From a virus (lineage: Duplodnaviria > Caudoviricetes), in IMG/VR virus record IMGVR_UViG_3300036762_000065, positions 1 to 64,000 of that record: DNA of 64,000 bases. One strand, 5' to 3'. The position numbers and the translations under genes were made by a program. The notes below the pieces were generated by a model. The model did not search any database, was not told the DNA's origin, and saw nothing but the letters and a program-made list of their open reading frames with translations. Numbering within the stretch: the stretch's first letter is position 1; every line of letters starts with the position of its first letter. Below, in pieces: positions 27,733 to 37,507 of the stretch.

Positions 27733-28821
27733 ATGAATTATCTACAGTATATAGATGACGGCAGTAAGAACGTAGATTCTTTGCGAAAGGCACGTACCTT
27801 TAATGAACTTACAGGTATAGTAACATCTATAAAAGGTGCTGTGTCTCAAATAAAAAGTAAATTGGTACGCCAGTTGTCGAAACTAGGACAACAAGAAGTA
27901 CAAATAAACGATTCTCCTGTTGATTTTTCAAGCCTGTCATCTTTATATTCTGACATACAACATTTAAGGTGCTACAGCCTAGAGTTGGAGTACGCTAAAT
28001 CCATAGCATACAATATAAACGGCGAAAACAAGAAGCAAAAATTCGACAAGCTGGTTACAGAGCAATGTTCCGAATGTAATACTGTTTTGAACTTGGTATA
28101 TAAATACATAGACTCTGTAGGTTCGAGACAAGAGCCTAAAGCCCTTGTTCAATACTATACTGTTCTACAAAAGTATTTAGGTAAGCTTGTTAAGTATAGT
28201 ACTGTTAAAAGCTTTGTACTTCCTTCTCCGGACAAACACACTTCATTCAGTAGGCATATAATATTATTTAACGTAGTTACAGAAAAAGGCTTCATAATAC
28301 CTAATGTGATTATATGCATATCTGCCGAAACAAACTACGCCAACGGATTTTTCTATACCTTATCTTTTCCAAGTGAGGTTGAGGTTAAAAGCGTTTCATA
28401 CCCGTTCAATACAAAAGAAGAAATGTTGAGTTTGGTAGAAGATAAGCTAAGTTCCATCTTAGGCGCAGACTTAAAGCCGATTAACTCCATAAACGACAAC
28501 TTATATAAACTCGACGGAGTTAATAGTGTAAGAACCACAGACAGTTCATTACAGGTAGAACTTGATAGCGGCATATCTGCATCTGAGGTTAATAACGTAC
28601 TTACCAAACTGTTGCCTATGATGTATGCGTTAACAGGAGTAAGCAACACAAGAACCGACGTATTGCACCGTATGATACTAAGCAGTAGCGGCAATAGAAT
28701 AATCGAATTTGTTTTAAAGGGTAGAACGTTGAACGAGCGTAGTCATTTAACTAATTTAAAGAAGATATTACCGTTATCTAAAAAATCAATTTCCTCTATA
28801 CTGAATATGCTGGATGCCTAA
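27733..28821 (+). CDS. Hypothetical protein (probable paralogue of the next gene)
   Basis: 362-aa ORF; shares LDGV...TDS...V.L and terminal H...SSSG segments with 28814..30280. Confidence 0.75.
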   Translation: MNYLQYIDDGSKNVDSLRKARTFNELTGIVTSIKGAVSQIKSKLVRQLSKLGQQEVQINDSPVDFSSLSSLYSDIQHLRCYSLELEYAKSIAYNINGENKKQKFDKLVTEQCSECNTVLNLVYKYIDSVGSRQEPKALVQYYTVLQKYLGKLVKYSTVKSFVLPSPDKHTSFSRHIILFNVVTEKGFIIPNVIICISAETNYANGFFYTLSFPSEVEVKSVSYPFNTKEEMLSLVEDKLSSILGADLKPINSINDNLYKLDGVNSVRTTDSSLQVELDSGISASEVNNVLTKLLPMMYALTGVSNTRTDVLHRMILSSSGNRIIEFVLKGRTLNERSHLTNLKKILPLSKKSISSILNMLDA

Positions 28822-30280
28822 TATGAACTTCTTTGAAAAGCTAAAAAACTTAGGTAAAGCTGCTATAATCCGTCTTTTTTCTAAAAGACAGAAAAAATAT
28901 GACGAACTGATCGCCAGATTAAACTCCATATCCGAGATAAATGCCTCTACTTCTGCGTTCGTTGCGTTGTCTCAGGAAGATAGCGATTTCGGCGATGTGA
29001 GTGAAATAAATATTGAACAGGTTGATCACGTTCCAAGAAAACGGAATAAGAAAATTGCACCCGGCACTCTAACGATTAGTAAATTCGTTGCGCCTAATGC
29101 AAATGATTTGATTAAAAATACATCCGATTTTGTCGAGACAGAAGAAGCCTTGGCAGAAATAGAAGGTATGTATACAACATTAAAAGCTAAGTCAACAACT
29201 ACGTTGCTTACTGGAACAAAGCTGACCCGTAAATTAAAGTCCGTTGATTTAGAGGCGTTGAAGAAGATAGATGGCGTTTCTCAAGGTATTAATGGAGCTA
29301 CCTCAACCACAGACAGTATTATAGTTGTACTGAAGGCAGGTTCCGACAAAGCTGTTGTTAGTCGTGCTATTAGAGCGTACATTAAAAAAGCTATAGACGG
29401 TACAGGACTCTCGCCTGTCGGTAAAAGCAGCAAGGTAGGACGTAATGACGTACTTACAATTCAGTTTATGGAAGGTGATAAACTCGATCCTGCTTCCGTC
29501 AAGTTCTTAAACCAGATGATTGTGTATAAGACAGCCTTAGAAAAAGCTAGAGATGCTGCCGAGGATAGTTTGATAGCATTAGCAGAGAAGCACGTTCCGG
29601 ATGACGTTAGCGCATTATCACGTATTGCAATTAAACATATAAATGACACATTAGATGCCTCAGTATACGAGGACTTTCGAGAAACGTTATATTTAACTAC
29701 AGACAAAACCAGTTTATTTACGTTTACCTCATACATTGAAATACTTGGCCTTAATGCAGGTAACCCTCGTGAAAATGAGTTTCAAATAGCAATCACAAGT
29801 CAAGTACGTAATACAGGTTCTACCTACTCTATGAAATCGTATGTCACAGGACTAAATCAATTTACCAGGCCTGGTGATTTTAATGTAGGTACTGAAATAG
29901 ACAGTGCGGAAATAGACAGTGCCAATAAGAATAAAACAAAGTTTAAACGGGAACTTACAAAGATATTGTCTTTGTCCGGAATTCAATTTGCTTTAGAAGG
30001 CTTTAAGTTGAATATAAGCCCAACAGCGTTTAAAGCAAGTGGGATAAATGAACTTGACGGTGTTGTTACTTCCAGACTTCTTCCGGATAGGGTTATAGTT
30101 AAACTAAACAACGTGGACGATAGTATAATAGAGACTGAGATACTTGGAAAGATAATACTAATACTCAGGAAACTTATGCGTACTGTTAAAGGCAGGGACA
30201 AGTCTGTATTTGCCCATCAAATAAACAAGTCAAAGAGCGGCGGCAAGGTTTTAGTAGTAGCCAAAGTGCCGAATAATTAA
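28814..30280 (+). CDS. Hypothetical protein, possibly virion-associated
   Basis: 488-aa ORF. Confidence 0.75.
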   Translation: MPNMNFFEKLKNLGKAAIIRLFSKRQKKYDELIARLNSISEINASTSAFVALSQEDSDFGDVSEINIEQVDHVPRKRNKKIAPGTLTISKFVAPNANDLIKNTSDFVETEEALAEIEGMYTTLKAKSTTTLLTGTKLTRKLKSVDLEALKKIDGVSQGINGATSTTDSIIVVLKAGSDKAVVSRAIRAYIKKAIDGTGLSPVGKSSKVGRNDVLTIQFMEGDKLDPASVKFLNQMIVYKTALEKARDAAEDSLIALAEKHVPDDVSALSRIAIKHINDTLDASVYEDFRETLYLTTDKTSLFTFTSYIEILGLNAGNPRENEFQIAITSQVRNTGSTYSMKSYVTGLNQFTRPGDFNVGTEIDSAEIDSANKNKTKFKRELTKILSLSGIQFALEGFKLNISPTAFKASGINELDGVVTSRLLPDRVIVKLNNVDDSIIETEILGKIILILRKLMRTVKGRDKSVFAHQINKSKSGGKVLVVAKVPNN

Positions 30281-30281
30281 T

Positions 30282-31313
30282 ATGACTATAAAACACTATC
30301 CTGCAATAGCTAACTTTAGGCTTAACGAGTGGCCTAAAGCACAAGCCAGTTATACAATGTTTTTCAACAAACACATGGCTATTCATAATATGTCTGAGGT
30401 TGTTGATTTTCTTTCTGATGTTTTATATAGTTCAAGATGTTCACTCGTTAGATACAGTATTTTTACCTTAGTTAATGTGTCAATGCCTAAAGCCCATGTG
30501 TCTTACGGTACTATGCCTATATGCCACAATTCTTTATACGGACTTAGCGATGTAGTACTAACATTTGCGTATACCAATAAGGTAAGATATACACCAACAC
30601 TTAAACCTAAGTTTGTACTTAAAGTAGGACGAAACGCATATTTGTGGGGTACTAGACTACAGCACAATACAGATTATTTAACAATATTCTTACCTGCTAA
30701 TGTGTACAGAAGTATGAAGATAGGATCGTTAGTTTCTGATGTGGAATTCTTGTACTACGTGTTAGGTTCTTGGTCTAAAAACTTTGTGCGACATAATAAA
30801 TACTTCAGCACTATAGGCAATTATGCTTCGGAGCCTATCGCCCATAATATAGCGTATAGTACTATATATCGTAAAACCATTCCTGACTTGATGCATCGTT
30901 ACTCTTACGATAAGTGGATTTACAACAAAGAAATGTGGGAAAGGCTGCCTACTATGTTGAATCCTAAGTCTGTAGATGATTCTTTCTTGGATTACTTTTG
31001 CAGATACCTTACTGAGTACTATACAAAATCACAAGTGCCTAGTATAAAGCAGATAATGGATTCTGTATATGACTATTTAGAAGGCGCTGTGCTTGATTTG
31101 TTGGAGCTACTTCGAGGCACAAACTCTCCTTATATAAGCAGCGAGCTTAGTGGTAGTACATTAGTTTTTATGTTAAGTACGCAAGAAGGTTCATTGCCTG
31201 ACTTCGCAGCATCCTTGTCTTCTGATTCTATGAACGTAGAAAGGTTCATAAATAAACTGTCTAATGTTGATACGGTTGTCAAAGATTTACTGAACGGTAC
31301 GTTTAAGCTTTGA
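30282..31313 (+). CDS. Hypothetical protein
   Basis: 343-aa ORF in an operon. Confidence 0.75.
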   Translation: MTIKHYPAIANFRLNEWPKAQASYTMFFNKHMAIHNMSEVVDFLSDVLYSSRCSLVRYSIFTLVNVSMPKAHVSYGTMPICHNSLYGLSDVVLTFAYTNKVRYTPTLKPKFVLKVGRNAYLWGTRLQHNTDYLTIFLPANVYRSMKIGSLVSDVEFLYYVLGSWSKNFVRHNKYFSTIGNYASEPIAHNIAYSTIYRKTIPDLMHRYSYDKWIYNKEMWERLPTMLNPKSVDDSFLDYFCRYLTEYYTKSQVPSIKQIMDSVYDYLEGAVLDLLELLRGTNSPYISSELSGSTLVFMLSTQEGSLPDFAASLSSDSMNVERFINKLSNVDTVVKDLLNGTFKL

Positions 31314-31320
31314 GGTAGTT

Positions 31321-31698
31321 ATGACACATGAAGCTAATGAACATGCGTCCTATACCGGAGAGAATAGACGTAAGAGTAAGGATGAGACTAAGTTTACGGA
31401 TGTTGAGTGGCATGATAAATGGAAGCCTATTTTAGCTATTGTGTATGCCGCTGTAATTATTTTTGATTTCATTTTACTTCCTGCGTACAAAGTAGCAACG
31501 CAACCTAGCTTCTCAGACATCGTTCACCAAATTGCAGTGTTAGATGTAGAAGAACAGAAATCAGCATTAGCTGTAGCTCGTCCTGAGTGGCAACCTCTTT
31601 CTATGTTTGCAGGTGGTATGTTCCACATAGCAATGGGCGCTATTCTTACAGGAGCTGCTGTAGCCGGGCGTGGCGGATTGAGTAAGTTAGCTAAATAA
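31321..31698 (+). CDS. Holin-like membrane protein (paralogue of 16432..16761)
   Basis: WKPILAIVYAAVIIFDF and WQPLSMFAGGMFHIAMGAILTG. Confidence 0.65.
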   Translation: MTHEANEHASYTGENRRKSKDETKFTDVEWHDKWKPILAIVYAAVIIFDFILLPAYKVATQPSFSDIVHQIAVLDVEEQKSALAVARPEWQPLSMFAGGMFHIAMGAILTGAAVAGRGGLSKLAK

Positions 31699-31719
31699 TA
31701 TAAATGTGCGGAGAACGTG

Positions 31720-32943
31720 ATGAGCAACATCTTGTACGCGGTAGAAGGCGAAACGGCTATTGCTAAGGAAGTATTTGTCGATGAGTACAACGAACCTTAT
31801 GGTATAGCAAACACTGAAGAAGGCCCTGTAGTAAGACTGTTTGATACAGACAATGCGGTCATTGCCGAACAAGTCGCTATTCCAGACCACGAAGGACAAA
31901 TCGGAGAGTGGGCTGCCAATATACCTGTACCTAAGATGGGCCTTACAAATCGTGTTGAACTACGTCTTGTGTGGACATTTAAAACAGAAGAGAATGACAT
32001 ACATAGAAGTACACAGGTTTGTTTTGTAGAACCTTCTACAGAAGGCAGAGAGACAGATATCGTTGTTCTCGTAGGAAGAGACAGCACTATGCAAGTTAAC
32101 CTGCCGTTTGCTTTTCATCCTACAATTCCTGAGATTCCTGCAAATCTTGCTACAAACTCTCCTGCAGTACCTAGTGTAGTGAAAGACAGTGTTAGATTTT
32201 CTATGTATAGAAACAACACTGCCCTTTATGCTAATGAATATTTAGAGCATACCGACCCCTCCGTGTCGTTCAAAACCTCGGTCAATAAGACAACATTTAC
32301 GTTACCTGCTACAGTAGGTCAAGCAAAACTTGAGCCGGTTTTACTTATTGTTGAACTTACACAGCCTGGCCAAACAATGCCGCAAAACTTTTCTTTCAAG
32401 GTCTGGCCGATAACTCCGCAAATGTTGATTGCAGTTAGTCAGATAGAGGATTTTATAAACAAGGCTAGGCTAGAGAACGTAATTCCAGAACTTGAATACA
32501 CACAAGCCGATATACTACAGTATTTAAAACGAGGGTTGGATTTATTTAATTCCTTACCTCCTCAATTGACTGCATTCACTGGCACTAATATGCAGGGAAA
32601 CATAGCAGATAGCTGGTTAACTTGCGCATCTTACTATGCACTGGCATCACAGTTACAGGCAGAAGGCGCACTTGCGTTTGATTTTAGCGGCCAAACTGTA
32701 AATCTTAACATAGATAGAACCCCTGCTATTGAAAGTGCTTTAGGACGTGTGGAAGCAGCTATTGATAACATTGTTAAACCTTTCAAGAAACTACTTGCCA
32801 AAGCAGGGGTTCTTGGAGGCGACGGCTCTGTCGGCGGAGGTTTTATAAATGGAAGTACGGCACTTGGCACATTGAGTGTCATTAACGCACCTACTACAAG
32901 ACTGCCTCACTCAAGAAGAGGTTCTTGGTTTAGACCTTATTGA
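31720..32943 (+). CDS. Probable virion structural protein (neck/adaptor-like)
   Basis: About 407 aa; beta-rich N-terminus and helical C-terminus with FDFSGQTVNLNIDR; weak functional call. Confidence 0.45.
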   Translation: MSNILYAVEGETAIAKEVFVDEYNEPYGIANTEEGPVVRLFDTDNAVIAEQVAIPDHEGQIGEWAANIPVPKMGLTNRVELRLVWTFKTEENDIHRSTQVCFVEPSTEGRETDIVVLVGRDSTMQVNLPFAFHPTIPEIPANLATNSPAVPSVVKDSVRFSMYRNNTALYANEYLEHTDPSVSFKTSVNKTTFTLPATVGQAKLEPVLLIVELTQPGQTMPQNFSFKVWPITPQMLIAVSQIEDFINKARLENVIPELEYTQADILQYLKRGLDLFNSLPPQLTAFTGTNMQGNIADSWLTCASYYALASQLQAEGALAFDFSGQTVNLNIDRTPAIESALGRVEAAIDNIVKPFKKLLAKAGVLGGDGSVGGGFINGSTALGTLSVINAPTTRLPHSRRGSWFRPY

Positions 32944-32952
32944 TAGTGCAAG

Positions 32953-33309
32953 GTGAATATCATGTTGTCTGATTTTTACTTACTTACAGGAATGATAAAC
33001 GAGATCATAAGTATCTCCGTTTTACTCTATAGTGCTTACGCTATTTATAGGGTATTTACCTGCATACCTAACTCCAAACAGCGTAACTTAGCCGTACTTC
33101 CTTTAGTAGTTATATTTTTGCTATCTCTACACTATTCCTACGCGCAAATGCTTTGGGTACTAGAGTCTAAAGGCGCATCCGTAGGAGAATCAACAGAGTT
33201 GGAGTGGACAATACATGAGGCTATCAGTTTTGTGTTATATTTCCACTTCATTAAAGTATATACGGCTATTGCCGCACATAAAAAATTAAATTTAAGGAGA
33301 GGTATATGA
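32953..33309 (+). CDS. Membrane protein (about 3 TM)
   Basis: Three hydrophobic segments. Confidence 0.65.
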   Translation: MNIMLSDFYLLTGMINEIISISVLLYSAYAIYRVFTCIPNSKQRNLAVLPLVVIFLLSLHYSYAQMLWVLESKGASVGESTELEWTIHEAISFVLYFHFIKVYTAIAAHKKLNLRRGI

Positions 33310-34664
33310 GAGTGTTAGTATCGACAAGTGCAGCACTGAGTGCCGCTGCTAAAAACAAAATACAGAAAGCAGATTGGTTTGACTATAAAGGCAGAAAGGT
33401 ATTGTTTGATAATCACCACAAGTCTTATGATATAGACATAGCGAAAGGTGATAAAGTAGGGTTTATCCCTAATTCCAACGGCACTTACACTCTGTTGCAT
33501 TCAGACGATCCTGCAATCTATTTCAAAGTGTCTTCCGCAGAGCATGATGCGGTAGTGTTAAAATCTGTTCCTTACTACGGGCTAGTGCAAAAAGTACCGG
33601 TAATCTCTGATAAAAAACTTCTTACCTTAAGTTTTTCAGATAGGCATTCCGCAGTACTTTTAAATTCACTTACTGTAGCTAAATTGAAGCAGTTGTGTGA
33701 GTTGCGCGGTATTACAGGCATTTCTAAGAAACCGGAACTCGTTAGAGCCTTGGTCAAAGCAGACAAGACAGGCACTAAGAAAACTGCCGCAGCTCCTGCT
33801 AAAAAAGCCAACTCGACTCGAAGAGGAAACGGTAAAGTAGAGATAACTACACCGAAAGCACCTTTAACCAGACCCTCTAAACCTGTTCAACCTAAGACAG
33901 TTAAACCTAAGGTAAACCCTTCTGAACTCAAAGAAGGTGTTATTGTTAGTGTTAAGATAGAGGATGAAACTGTACAAGCAACCGTTGTAGAAGATGCTGT
34001 AGGAAGTAGAGTTCGTGTTGTTGCGAAAAAAGGTAGCACTAAGAATATGCCTATTTTTGTTGATATATCTAGTATCAATCGCATTGTTCCGCAAAAGGTT
34101 AAAGAACTAACACCGCTACAGAAAGAAAAAGCAGACTATGACACTATGCACGAATTAACAGGTGCCGGAACCGTTGTACGTCATAGAGGTGTGGAATATG
34201 TTGTTGTTTACAAACACAGTCGAAAGGCTACGAGTAAAACACCGTTCGACAATAAACTTGCCCTTGTTCCGATAGATGAAACTAAACCGTTGATAACATT
34301 GGACGTAAATAACTTAGAACACTTGCAAAGTATGTCTATTGATACTTTGAGTTTAGGTAAGTATAACGAGTACAAAGGAATTTTTGATAGGCGTAAATCT
34401 GAACTCGATGAAAAATCCAATGCCGCTGCCGCTATCAACAACGCACAGATTGCGAAGTTCGGTGTAAAAGAAGGAGATTCTACTTCATATCGCTTTCCAA
34501 ACGGTGCTGTGCAATTTGTTATTGTCCGAGCTATAAACTACGAAAAAGGTTTGATAGCAATAAGAGAAGGGTCTAAACTCAGATGGTTGCCAGGTAAGAA
34601 CATAGAGTATATTAAACGTACTGGTGACACTGAAATAAGCATGGATGGTAGCATGGGAAAGTAA
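33306..34664 (+). CDS. Multidomain protein with a SAP/Rho-N-like helix-extension-helix; 0-frame partner of a probable -1 frameshift
   Basis: LNSLTVAKLKQLCELRGITGISKKPELVRAL; AGGAGAGG SD; ends ATG GGA AAG TAA. Confidence 0.75.
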   Translation: MRVLVSTSAALSAAAKNKIQKADWFDYKGRKVLFDNHHKSYDIDIAKGDKVGFIPNSNGTYTLLHSDDPAIYFKVSSAEHDAVVLKSVPYYGLVQKVPVISDKKLLTLSFSDRHSAVLLNSLTVAKLKQLCELRGITGISKKPELVRALVKADKTGTKKTAAAPAKKANSTRRGNGKVEITTPKAPLTRPSKPVQPKTVKPKVNPSELKEGVIVSVKIEDETVQATVVEDAVGSRVRVVAKKGSTKNMPIFVDISSINRIVPQKVKELTPLQKEKADYDTMHELTGAGTVVRHRGVEYVVVYKHSRKATSKTPFDNKLALVPIDETKPLITLDVNNLEHLQSMSIDTLSLGKYNEYKGIFDRRKSELDEKSNAAAAINNAQIAKFGVKEGDSTSYRFPNGAVQFVIVRAINYEKGLIAIREGSKLRWLPGKNIEYIKRTGDTEISMDGSMGK

Positions 34665-34703
34665 GTCCCGCCTCTGAAGAACTAAAGCGTACAGACGGCG
34701 GGA
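34655..34703 (+). promoter_or_regulatory. Probable programmed -1 ribosomal frameshift signal
   Basis: In-frame G GGA AAG heptamer; hairpin TCCCGCC-TCTG...CAGA-C-GGCGGGA begins 4 nt after the heptamer; -1 frame is open from 34652 into the next ORF. Confidence 0.75.
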
Positions 34704-36490
34704 AGGTAAAAGATATAGTCGGGTTATCTTGGGAAGTGCATAACTACATTACACCCGGCACTAAGGAAGTCAGTGTACGTAAAGTAGAAGGAGTGCGTCC
34801 TGATGGTAAGTATTACGTTTCAGAAACAGGCACTAACGTACAAGATATCCTAACGTATGATTATATACTGGATATTAAGAAGAAAGATGAAGCTAATAAT
34901 GAGTACCGTGCTAAACAAGATGTCAAGAATGTTGCTGAGACTAAGCGCCTAGAACAAGAGTCCGTTAAACATAACGACATAGATGGATTTAAGTCTAATG
35001 CAGGAAAGTTGGAGTTAGGTAAAGCGTTGAAGGTACTAAACTCATTACGTAGGTTCAATGGCCAACCTTTGACTATAAAAGAATTTATACGTAATCGTAT
35101 TAAGTCCGGTAGCTATGTAGAGACTGACAGTAAAGGTAATCGCGTATTGATGAATAAAGATGATACGTTTATGGACATTAAAGGTACCACTAAGATAGGT
35201 ATGGATTACGCTGAGTATCTGTACAGCAAGACCGGTAGAGGAAAACAAGCACCTGATTCAGGATCGTTGAAAGGTTTCCTTGAAAGTAAGAATCCATTAG
35301 CACAGGAATATGCATATAACCAACTTACTAAGTCTGGTAAATTCTTAGGTAGAGAATGGGATTTAGTAATTGACTATATAAACGAAGCTATGAATAATCG
35401 TTTAGGTAGAGTTGAAGGTGAAGGTAATTCTCGTAAGTTAATTGTAGCTAAACGTAAGGAGCCTATAACTGTTGCCGAACTTGGTAATATAGGTATGGAT
35501 TACGCTGAGTATCTATACAACCTTACTGACAGAGGTAAGCAAGCTGCTCGCCTAAAAGAGAATAAGGATGCAACAGTACCTCATGTTGATCCAGCTAAAT
35601 CTACTGGTGAGTATATGTACGGGTTGTCCTTAAGACCATTCGGAATAGCAACTCAGCCTGCAGGGCAGACTGGTTACATACCGCCAGAAGAGGTTCCGCG
35701 AGACATTAAAGATAAGTTCGATGCTCGTACCTATCGTCACGGTATCGTAATATATCCGCAAAAGCTATCCGAAAGAGATGCTGATCGTTTCGACTTGATT
35801 GATTTCTCTGTAACCCCTTCTGATGAAAAGTGGCTTGCATTTGTAGAACTTATTAAAGACCTTAAGGAGTATGATTATACCATTACACAGTTTATTGATG
35901 AATTCATTAAACCTAATGGTGAGAGCGTTTCCGAGAACCCTCTTTATAAGAACACTAAGCCTAGTGTTACTATCATTATGGATTATCTGTCTAAGAATGG
36001 TTATCCTGGAAACATGAATGGACTTATCTCTCTCTTTACAAAGACCGGCAAGCAGACACAAGAAATGTCTATAGACGACTTTACACAACAAGTAAAAGAT
36101 GCTTATTACAAACAGTTTCCTAGAGGATGGATAAAAGGAGGACTCGAAAAGAGTATAGGACAGTACGTTGCACTAACGTTTGGTATACAACCGAAAGAGA
36201 AGTGGTTTAACGGATATGAGTCGAACGACCCTGCTCACCAATCTATCATTATACATGAGGTTAAAGACAGTAAGTTCTTGCCTAAGATAGTTGCTGACAA
36301 CGGAAGTACAGGAAGTACAATGTTGATTAAGCCTAAAACTCCTAATCTAGCTTACAGTAGAATAAAGCTTGGATACAGGAAGAAAACAGGAACCCCGGAA
36401 CAAGTCCTAGATCACATAAAGAAATACTTTGTACAAATGCGTAAAATAGTCGATCTAAATCGAGACAAATTAGCCCACGATATAGATTAA
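34661..36490 (+). CDS. -1-frame extension (or separate GTG-34736 ORF): polyvalent-type protein with an internal repeat and a DarA C-terminal-like domain
   Basis: IGMDYAEYLY...GKQA occurs twice; YGLSLRPFGIATQP...RHGIVIYPQKLS...FDL resembles the DarA_C pattern (from memory). Confidence 0.6.
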   Translation, partial: VSPASEELKRTDGGKVKDIVGLSWEVHNYITPGTKEVSVRKVEGVRPDGKYYVSETGTNVQDILTYDYILDIKKKDEANNEYRAKQDVKNVAETKRLEQESVKHNDIDGFKSNAGKLELGKALKVLNSLRRFNGQPLTIKEFIRNRIKSGSYVETDSKGNRVLMNKDDTFMDIKGTTKIGMDYAEYLYSKTGRGKQAPDSGSLKGFLESKNPLAQEYAYNQLTKSGKFLGREWDLVIDYINEAMNNRLGRVEGEGNSRKLIVAKRKEPITVAELGNIGMDYAEYLYNLTDRGKQAARLKENKDATVPHVDPAKSTGEYMYGLSLRPFGIATQPAGQTGYIPPEEVPRDIKDKFDARTYRHGIVIYPQKLSERDADRFDLIDFSVTPSDEKWLAFVELIKDLKEYDYTITQFIDEFIKPNGESVSENPLYKNTKPSVTIIMDYLSKNGYPGNMNGLISLFTKTGKQTQEMSIDDFTQQVKDAYYKQFPRGWIKGGLEKSIGQYVALTFGIQPKEKWFNGYESNDPAHQSIIIHEVKDSKFLPKIVADNGSTGSTMLIKPKTPNLAYSRIKLGYRKKTGTPEQVLDHIKKYFVQMRKIVDLNRDKLAHDID

Positions 36491-36560
36491 ACGTTTAACT
36501 GAAATTGTAATTTAACCATATGTCTATTTCGACACAAACAAAAGATTAGGAGATTAGTAA

Positions 36561-37442
36561 ATGGCTTCTTTAAAAAACGCCAGAAGTGCAGTGAATAATC
36601 TAGTAGCAGATTTAGGTAGAAGTAAGTCTGCCAACGTTATTGTTCAAAGTGCTGAAGAATTAAACGACGGGTTTGCTCGCGTCATTGCAACCGTAGCGCA
36701 TGTTAACGGGAGTCGCGGTACTAAGGCTTCTTTGATGGATGCACTACGAGCGAAGTTTGATAATAAACTTTTTCCTGTAGAGAACTCGTTTTCTGTATTG
36801 TCTTCCAACCCGGTTAGCGATACAGTTACAGGCATTCTTAGTGTTGCTCCGCAAGCAGTATCCTACACAGAAGACTTGCAAGGATTTAAAATACTTGCAG
36901 GTAATATGTTCATGGACGAAGAAGAAAACTTGTGGGCATTACGTAAGACAGAAGCCGGGGACATACTTGTTAAAAGCTTTGGTAAAGATGATGCAGAGGT
37001 AGTTAGCGGCCTTTTGAATTCCGTCTCTTCCTCTTACTCAGGAGCCTACGAGTCTGTAGCTAGTGTACAAAATACAAATAACATGTTAAATTCTATCTGT
37101 GGTGGTGATTACGTCACTTATGTAGAACCTCACAGTAGTAAGGTATCTTTCGGCGCTGTTGTTGCCTCTGTAGATAACGCAGACGGTACAGATAGCGGTA
37201 AGTTATATGTTGCTGATATAGATTGTGGACCAGCGCAATTTGTTGATAGGCGTATGGTACTTGCTTCATGGGACGGTGTTGAAGTAGAAGACGATGTTGA
37301 TGCCAATAGTGAAGTGGCCACTTCTTCTGCTAATGCGAAGAGTCCTGAGGAGATTGCTGCTTATTACCAGAAAGTTTTTCAGAGAAACGACGGTTATTTC
37401 CAGAAGTTTATGGAACGTTGGAAAAGTCACTCGTTCATGTAA
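36561..37442 (+). CDS. Hypothetical protein, probably virion structural
   Basis: 293 aa with AGGAG SD and its own terminator. Confidence 0.75.
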   Translation: MASLKNARSAVNNLVADLGRSKSANVIVQSAEELNDGFARVIATVAHVNGSRGTKASLMDALRAKFDNKLFPVENSFSVLSSNPVSDTVTGILSVAPQAVSYTEDLQGFKILAGNMFMDEEENLWALRKTEAGDILVKSFGKDDAEVVSGLLNSVSSSYSGAYESVASVQNTNNMLNSICGGDYVTYVEPHSSKVSFGAVVASVDNADGTDSGKLYVADIDCGPAQFVDRRMVLASWDGVEVEDDVDANSEVATSSANAKSPEEIAAYYQKVFQRNDGYFQKFMERWKSHSFM

Positions 37443-37468
37443 ACAATCAACCCTGTTCGTGTTTATTT

Positions 37469-37492
37469 AACAGCCCACTACGGGCTGTTTTT
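37469..37492 (+). terminator. Rho-independent terminator
   Basis: AACAGCCC-ACTAC-GGGCTGTT followed by TTT. Confidence 0.85.
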
Positions 37493-37507
37493 GTATCAAG
37501 GTGAATT

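Noticed and set aside
34666-34703. Intrinsic terminator after 33306..34664
   Set aside because: The hairpin has no U-tract and lies in an open -1 frame just after a slippery heptamer, which fits a frameshift stimulator better.
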